The position numbers were made by a program, and so were the translations under genes. Positions 59,365 through 64,000 of a stretch of 64,000 nt of DNA are shown here, piece by piece. The notes beneath the pieces are model-generated. The model made no database searches. It was given only the letters and a program-made list of their open reading frames with translations, and was not told the DNA's origin. The number at the start of each line of letters is the position of its first letter. The stretch's first letter is position 1. The stretch comes from an uncultured Gammaproteobacteria bacterium. GTDB taxonomy: Bacteria > Patescibacteriota > Patescibacteriia > UBA9934 > GWF2-40-263. The stretch is from the NCBI GenBank assembly GCA_964538435.1, contig CAZIDX010000003.1:15948-79947 (forward strand). The letters run 5' to 3'.

Positions 59365-59462
59365 ACAAATGAGATTTCTAGATTACGTAGCGAGGTGGTG
59401 GTCATCTATACGGCGAGATGGCCCGGCTCCGCCGAGCGAAGTAATCTATAAATCTCATTTGT
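59365..59462 (+). repeat. Hairpin-embedded conserved-core element, copy 8
   Basis: Core GAGGTGGTGGTCATCTATACGGCGAGATGGCCCGGCTCCGCC (59392-59433). 27-bp flanks acaaatgagatttctagattacgtagc / gagcgaagtaatctataaatctcatttgt. Confidence 0.8.
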
Positions 59463-59480
59463 TACGCAGCCACACCCTAC

Positions 59481-60449
59481 CTATTCATTATCATCTTCGT
59501 CAACAATTTCTCTCCCAATAATCTCCTCAACAACATCCTCAAGCGTCACAATCCCCACAAACTTCCCACTCTTTTCCGTCACATGCGCCATATGCGCCTT
59601 ATTCTTAATCATCATGTTCAAGAGCGTATCAAGCCTCCTTCGCCTTGATACATGAAACATACCAGCTGTGCGCATCACCTTCTCAACTGTGAACTTATCA
59701 TCTGGATCAACCCCAATAAGATCCTTTGCGTAAAGCGTTCCAACAATCATGTTTTTGCTACCAGAATAAACTGGAATGCGCGTATACCCACTCTCCTTTA
59801 TCAAAAGGAGCCCCTTCTTATCAAGAACGAGTGACTTTGATATCTGATGTACATATTTTCGTGGAGTCATCACATCCTCAACATGCTTTTCAGAATACGT
59901 AAGCGCACCAAGCAAAATCCTCTCCTCATCAGCATCAACCGAAGACCGCGGATCATCTTCATGCATCTTGATAATCTGCTGCAGCTCCCGCTTTGACCAC
60001 ACGGTTCGCATCTCCTCTCCAAGCACACGATCCAGTACCCATGCAATCGGTTTTGCAATCGGATACAAAATAATCATCACAAGCTCAACAATCCAAGCCG
60101 TGCGAGAACCAATCTCAAGCGCAAAGCGTGCACAGGTGGCCTGAGGAATAATCTCCCCAAAAATCACAATGAGTCCAGTTGCAACAACTCCAGCAACCAC
60201 ACCACTTGCAACACTTCCTAAAATAATAGAAACCGCTGCGTTCACCGCAACGTTTCCAAGCAAAAGTGAGACAAGCAGCAAGTTCCCGCGCCTGCGCACC
60301 CGAAATACCCGTTTTGCCTCTGCATCCCCAAGCTCAGCCTTACGCTCAAGCTCAGTTCTGTCCAAACTGTAAAGCCCGAGCGTGAGCCCTGAAAACAAGG
60401 CTGAAAACACGAGCAAAATGAGTAGCGATATCCAAGTCAGTGGATCCAT
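59481..60449 (-). CDS. CNNM/HlyC/CorC-family transporter (DUF21 membrane domain + CBS pair + CorC_HlyC C-terminal domain)
   Basis: MDPLTWISLLILLVFSALFSGLTLGLYSLDRTELERK N-terminus with 4 TM, then CBS-like segments and a C-terminal transporter-associated domain. Confidence 0.75.
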   Translation of the reverse strand: MDPLTWISLLILLVFSALFSGLTLGLYSLDRTELERKAELGDAEAKRVFRVRRRGNLLLVSLLLGNVAVNAAVSIILGSVASGVVAGVVATGLIVIFGEIIPQATCARFALEIGSRTAWIVELVMIILYPIAKPIAWVLDRVLGEEMRTVWSKRELQQIIKMHEDDPRSSVDADEERILLGALTYSEKHVEDVMTPRKYVHQISKSLVLDKKGLLLIKESGYTRIPVYSGSKNMIVGTLYAKDLIGVDPDDKFTVEKVMRTAGMFHVSRRRRLDTLLNMMIKNKAHMAHVTEKSGKFVGIVTLEDVVEEIIGREIVDEDDNE

Positions 60450-60455
60450 AAATGA

Positions 60456-61391
60456 TTACAATGTTTCTTTTTGATGAGACACCATTTTAATCGCATCCTT
60501 CACATCACGCAATGTGATCTTTTGCCCCTCAGGTTCATTTCGATGCCCCCAATTGCGATCAAGTCCAAATGTAAACCCACCAAATCTTTCAAACAAATGA
60601 AGTGCGTACGGTGATTCCTGGACATAAATAAGACCTCTCCCATGCTCAACAATAATCATCGGGGTCGGCTCACCAATCTCATCAAACATCATCCGAGAAA
60701 TACGAGGTCGAAGCTGCGCATCCGCACGCGTAGTCACAACCAAAAACTCTCTCCATGTCTGCCTCTGCTCCCAAGCTTTGCGAGCCTGTCGCTGTTTGCG
60801 CTCTTCTGTCTTCGGATTCTTGTGATGCGCAGTAAGCTCATCCATGTACGCAAGCACACGACCAATCTCCTCATGCGAATACCCAGCCTCCTGAAGCGCC
60901 CACAAATATCCTCGATCCTGAATCCCAATCCCACGAACCATCTTTGGATCAAAGCCCATCTTCTTAAGCTGAGCATCTGTAATCTCAAACATCTCCAAAA
61001 ACTGCTCAAGTGATGACAACAAAAGCTTCCCATCAGGACCATGAGCGCGGGCAAGGCCTGTGTAGTGATGATGATCAATAATCACAACATCCACACCAGA
61101 CGATCGAAGCTTCGTCTCTGACTCCACACCAGGCATCTCAACAATAATTGCCTTCGTGTATCCCCCATCAACCACTTGAGCAACATAATCATGCCCCTTA
61201 TCAAGCGACGCCCCATGAAGCTGATGCGACTCAATCACAGGCATGCCTATTTTCAAAGCAATCTGATGAATAAGCACTGCCTCAGCATCATTTGTGGGAA
61301 CAATAAGTACCGTTTTCGAATAATCCATAGTAGCTACAGTATAGCAAAACGCGGCGCCTTTCGTAGGACGCCGCGTCTCGTAGAGTCGCAA
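60456..61391 (-). CDS. Hypothetical protein with DHH-like His cluster (possible phosphoesterase)
   Basis: VVIIDHHHY motif. 311 aa. Weak assignment. Confidence 0.35.
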   Translation of the reverse strand: MRLYETRRPTKGAAFCYTVATMDYSKTVLIVPTNDAEAVLIHQIALKIGMPVIESHQLHGASLDKGHDYVAQVVDGGYTKAIIVEMPGVESETKLRSSGVDVVIIDHHHYTGLARAHGPDGKLLLSSLEQFLEMFEITDAQLKKMGFDPKMVRGIGIQDRGYLWALQEAGYSHEEIGRVLAYMDELTAHHKNPKTEERKQRQARKAWEQRQTWREFLVVTTRADAQLRPRISRMMFDEIGEPTPMIIVEHGRGLIYVQESPYALHLFERFGGFTFGLDRNWGHRNEPEGQKITLRDVKDAIKMVSHQKETL

Positions 61392-61409
61392 GGACTCAGG
61401 TTGAGTTGC

Positions 61410-62033
61410 TCAACCAAGAACAGCCGTGAACATGGCTGCATGTTGCCGATGCGTTTCCTTCATCACGACATCGAGCGTCTCCAAGCGCTTGAGCCCAAGG
61501 AGCCGACGAATGCCGTTGACGTAGTCAAGGCCACGGAACAAGAACTCATAGTGGAGCCAGAGGTCACCATCGAGCAAACCGCCGCCACCCATTCCACCAG
61601 ACACACCACCAACGACTTCCCAGCCATCGAGGCGCGTCTCCGGCACGAACGAACGTTCGTAAATGGTGGCCATACCAACACCGACGGGAAGACGCTTCAG
61701 CTCGGTCCTGCACATAGCAACGTACTGATCGACCTGCTCTGCAGTCATGCTGTAGATATCATCCGGCTCGCAAAAGCCAGGATCCTCAAAGATGGTCACG
61801 GAACACCCATCTTCAGGATGCTCACAGCAACCCCAGGCCACGCCATTGAGGTACCGCAGGAGCCGACGCATGCGCCGACGCGTGATCCACGCAGGGACCA
61901 TGTCGACCGGGATGGTCAAAAAGATCTGACCACCGTAGTCACCCTCGAAAACGTACCAACGACGATTCTCTGTCGGCTGCACATCGCTGTTCATCCGACA
62001 ATTGGTCCACTTGGGACCACGAAGCTTGCTCAT
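61410..62033 (-). CDS. Hypothetical protein (GC-rich class)
   Basis: 207 aa with GGMGGGG low-complexity. Promoter TTGTGACAGAGTC (minus sense) at about 62051-62060. Confidence 0.4.
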   Translation of the reverse strand: MSKLRGPKWTNCRMNSDVQPTENRRWYVFEGDYGGQIFLTIPVDMVPAWITRRRMRRLLRYLNGVAWGCCEHPEDGCSVTIFEDPGFCEPDDIYSMTAEQVDQYVAMCRTELKRLPVGVGMATIYERSFVPETRLDGWEVVGGVSGGMGGGGLLDGDLWLHYEFLFRGLDYVNGIRRLLGLKRLETLDVVMKETHRQHAAMFTAVLG

Positions 62034-62168
62034 GGACTCTCCCCTTGAGACTCTGTCACAAACAAATGCTTATGACATTCCCGAAAAGCACGATTTCTCC
62101 TGCTCTTTGGAAACGCGAGCTCTAGCATGAGCTCGCCGTTCCTCCTAGCGCCGCAGAGGGCGCCTGTA

Positions 62169-62708
62169 TCAGTCCTGCAGACCCTGAACGGCCGCAAGGA
62201 CTGGTTGGGAGATGTGATCGTAGTCACAAACCCTCTGCCGACCAGTCTCCACCGTGACCCTCAAGGTCAGGAAGAAGCCTGTGTCGCGACAGCTCCACCA
62301 GTCGTGACTGATGTTGAGCTCGAGCAGGCGACCGTCAGCCAGACGGAAGGACTCACCTTCTCCATCTCGCTTGTTGTACCAGTCGCCTTCCTGCATACCC
62401 ACGATCTCGTCCTGGTCCAGGAGTACCTGAGCCTCATCCGAGATGTTCACACGCACAGGAAGCACCTCTCCTGTCTCAGAGAGTGTGAGCGTCTGAACCC
62501 GAGTCTCCTCGATCTTCTTGACGATCCTCGTCTTCTGATCGACGGGCTTGCAGGAGCCATCGCACTCGCCTTCTGGGTAGGCACCGTAGCCCTGCGACTC
62601 ATCCCAATCATCGATGAGCTGGACCTTGAAATGCCTCGCCCCATCGCACACCATGTACGTATCCGTGCCGCAGCTAGAACGCTCGGCGTAGATTCTCGGC
62701 TGACTCAT
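62169..62708 (-). CDS. Hypothetical Cys-containing protein (GC-rich class). Start at MSQPRIY with strong RBS AGGAGGAATC.
   Basis: The track ORF extends to 62741. The ATG at 62708 has a canonical SD. Confidence 0.4.
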   Translation of the reverse strand: MSQPRIYAERSSCGTDTYMVCDGARHFKVQLIDDWDESQGYGAYPEGECDGSCKPVDQKTRIVKKIEETRVQTLTLSETGEVLPVRVNISDEAQVLLDQDEIVGMQEGDWYNKRDGEGESFRLADGRLLELNISHDWWSCRDTGFFLTLRVTVETGRQRVCDYDHISQPVLAAVQGLQD

Positions 62709-62865
62709 GATTCCTCCTGAAGTAAAACCCCAACCTGACACATGTCAGCTCGGGAGGAATGAATTCCCCTTCCTGAAAAATCGATCCCTCAATCTCTCAG
62801 GAAGAGTACCCCAGACTTAGATTGGATACCCCTCTGTCTGCCTCCGCAAGGGAGGGCTGGGGGTT

Positions 62866-63040
62866 ACGTAACGGGACTCGTCTCCACCCGCTTGATCACG
62901 ACGCCGCGGCGACGAATCAAGACCACCTTGTTCTGAGGCGGCTCGGGCTCGGGCTTCTTGCGAAGCTCGGCCGGGCTGGTGGTGAACCACGCGCGAGCGC
63001 GGCGGACGATACCAAAGGACTGGGTCAGTGCCTGCATATC
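62866..63040 (-). CDS. Small basic protein (57 aa), hypothetical
   Basis: Strong RBS GAGGAGGAGATATG. MQALTQSFGIVRRARAWFTTSPAELRKKPEPEPPQNKVVLIRRRGVVIKRVETSPVT. The track's 62817..63092 ORF is an overlapping alternative frame. Confidence 0.3.
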
Positions 63041-63100
63041 TCCTCCTCATGGATGCAGTTCTGTGTAAGCAGATCTCCAAATCGACTTGCACAGAATCAC

Positions 63101-63143
63101 ATCAACCTCTCAAAACCTCCCAGCACTGGCTTAGTTGAGGTGC
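63101..63143 (-). promoter_or_regulatory. Conserved palindromic operator-like motif, copy a (upstream of the 57-aa ORF)
   Basis: Plus strand ATCAACCTCTCAAAACCTCCCAGCACTGGCTTAGTTGAGGTGC. Half-sites CAACCTCTCAA / TTGAGGTG are inverted. Confidence 0.45.
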
Positions 63144-63178
63144 TAGACTGTTGCCAGACTAGCCGTCCCCCAGCTCTC

Positions 63179-63562
63179 CTAGTACCAATCGGAAACACAG
63201 CACCAACGACCCTCTTCAAACTCAACATAGTCTCCGTAGTACTCATCTCCTCCCCAAGCGTCCCAATCAGCGTCAGTTCGTGGAATTCCATCCCGCTCAA
63301 GTTCCTCGATCCACTTCATGACCTGCACCTTCGTTTCCTCAGGCAGCCAGTGAAGTTTCTCGTCTCCCTCGACATCAGGATGTGAAAACCAAATCCACGT
63401 CTTCTGATCTTCATCATTCGGCCCCACAGCCTTCCAACCACCTTCAAGTCGCATATTCAGAGCACGGACCACGTCCCAAGCATGTTCAAGACCGAGGCCC
63501 CATACATACTCCATACCCTTCTTGCAGAACATGTCGATGATACGAGCTTCGAAATCGTACAT
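63179..63562 (-). CDS. Hypothetical acidic Trp-rich protein (GC-rich class). Start at MYDFEARII with RBS AGGAGGAAACT.
   Basis: 127 aa. The track ORF extends to 63601. Confidence 0.4.
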   Translation of the reverse strand: MYDFEARIIDMFCKKGMEYVWGLGLEHAWDVVRALNMRLEGGWKAVGPNDEDQKTWIWFSHPDVEGDEKLHWLPEETKVQVMKWIEELERDGIPRTDADWDAWGGDEYYGDYVEFEEGRWCCVSDWY

Positions 63563-63619
63563 AGTTTCCTCCTGTTGTTTGAAACGAAATCTTTTCGACA
63601 AACTCAGGATTTCACTATG

Positions 63620-63663
63620 ACCAACCTCTCAAAGCTCCCCAGCATCAGCTCAGTTGAGGTGCC
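63620..63663 (-). promoter_or_regulatory. Conserved palindromic operator-like motif, copy b (upstream of 63179..63562)
   Basis: Plus strand ACCAACCTCTCAAAGCTCCCCAGCATCAGCTCAGTTGAGGTGC. Confidence 0.45.
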
Positions 63664-63921
63664 CGCCACACAAGGTGCAGCGAGCAGTCTTGCTCCGCGA
63701 GGAGCGAAGATTCGTACCCCAGAACTTGATCTAGCCGGCCATTGTGACCTCCATAAACCGGAAGGTCGCCTGCTCGATCTCTTCGACGGTGTACTCCCGC
63801 CGATCCGTCAGGCGCGGAAGACCGCCCACCTGAATGATCAGCAGATCGTCACCAATAGTCAGCACGTACGTTGAGGGTGCGGGACGAAGAAATCTTGAGA
63901 CATGTTCACCTTCTTCTTGAT

Positions 63922-63967
63922 GTTGACCTCTCAGAGCACCGGCGAATCCGGAACTCAATTGAGGTGC
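63922..63967 (-). promoter_or_regulatory. Conserved palindromic operator-like motif, copy c (at window edge)
   Basis: Plus strand GTTGACCTCTCAGAGCACCGGCGAATCCGGAACTCAATTGAGGTGC. The track ORF 63731..63970 starts (TTG) inside this motif and is doubtful. Confidence 0.4.
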
Positions 63968-64000
63968 CAAATATTGCTACTTGGCCGTGTCCCCACTGTC

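Noticed and set aside
36659-59462. The 8 conserved-core repeats as a CRISPR array
   Set aside because: Spacing is irregular (tens of bp to 13 kb) and copies are scattered in intergenic regions, each with its own palindrome. No cas genes are present. Not a CRISPR array.
63731-63970. 79-aa minus-strand ORF at the window edge
   Set aside because: Its TTG start lies inside the conserved operator-like motif. A competing ATG (MSQDFF...) gives only 14 codons. Coding status is unresolved and it is not reported as a gene.

Overview
Window from a small-genome bacterium with two compositional classes of genes. AT-richer housekeeping genes (uvrA, rnj, trpS, rplS, rluD, cmk, secG, ruvA, femAB-family, udk, CCA-adding enzyme, three tRNA loci) sit beside markedly GC-rich genes (roughly 58-62% GC) with GC3-biased codons (purA and many hypothetical secreted or membrane proteins). 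The mix of FemAB, an L19 with an acidic N-terminal extension, giant surface proteins and acidic low-complexity tails is compatible with a Patescibacteria/CPR-like organism, but that is inference only.

Main features:
- An all-minus-strand surface gene cluster (1.1-14.1 kb): O-antigen-ligase/TPR membrane protein, a 2194-aa repeat adhesin, and adjacent cohesin-like and dockerin-like proteins.
- RNase P RNA at about 42.40-42.82 kb (minus), supported by CR-I and CR-IV motifs and P4 covariation.
- A polysaccharide-biosynthesis locus (42.9-53.8 kb).
- A secreted Cys-rich protein in an operon with a DsbA-like oxidoreductase.
- A GC-rich island (36.1-42.3 kb) carrying a MopE-like metal-binding-repeat protein.

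Most unusual observation: a family of at least 8 same-orientation intergenic elements. Each has an about 42-bp conserved core, 5'-GAGGTGGTGG + covarying 7-8 bp hairpin + CCCGGCTCCGCC-3', embedded in a copy-specific 13-27 bp perfect inverted repeat. Three copies are clustered at 44.36-44.67 kb.

Other notable items:
- Two GC-rich, ORF-poor minus-strand loci (23.49-23.87 kb and 53.84-54.61 kb) look like unidentified structured ncRNAs. Each has a TTGACA-type promoter and an intrinsic terminator.
- A tRNA-Ile with anticodon UAU.
- A degenerate tRNA-Val-like remnant next to tRNA-Val(GAC).
- A triplicated palindromic operator-like motif precedes three consecutive small GC-rich genes at the window end.

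No CRISPR array, rRNA or recognisable transposase gene was seen.
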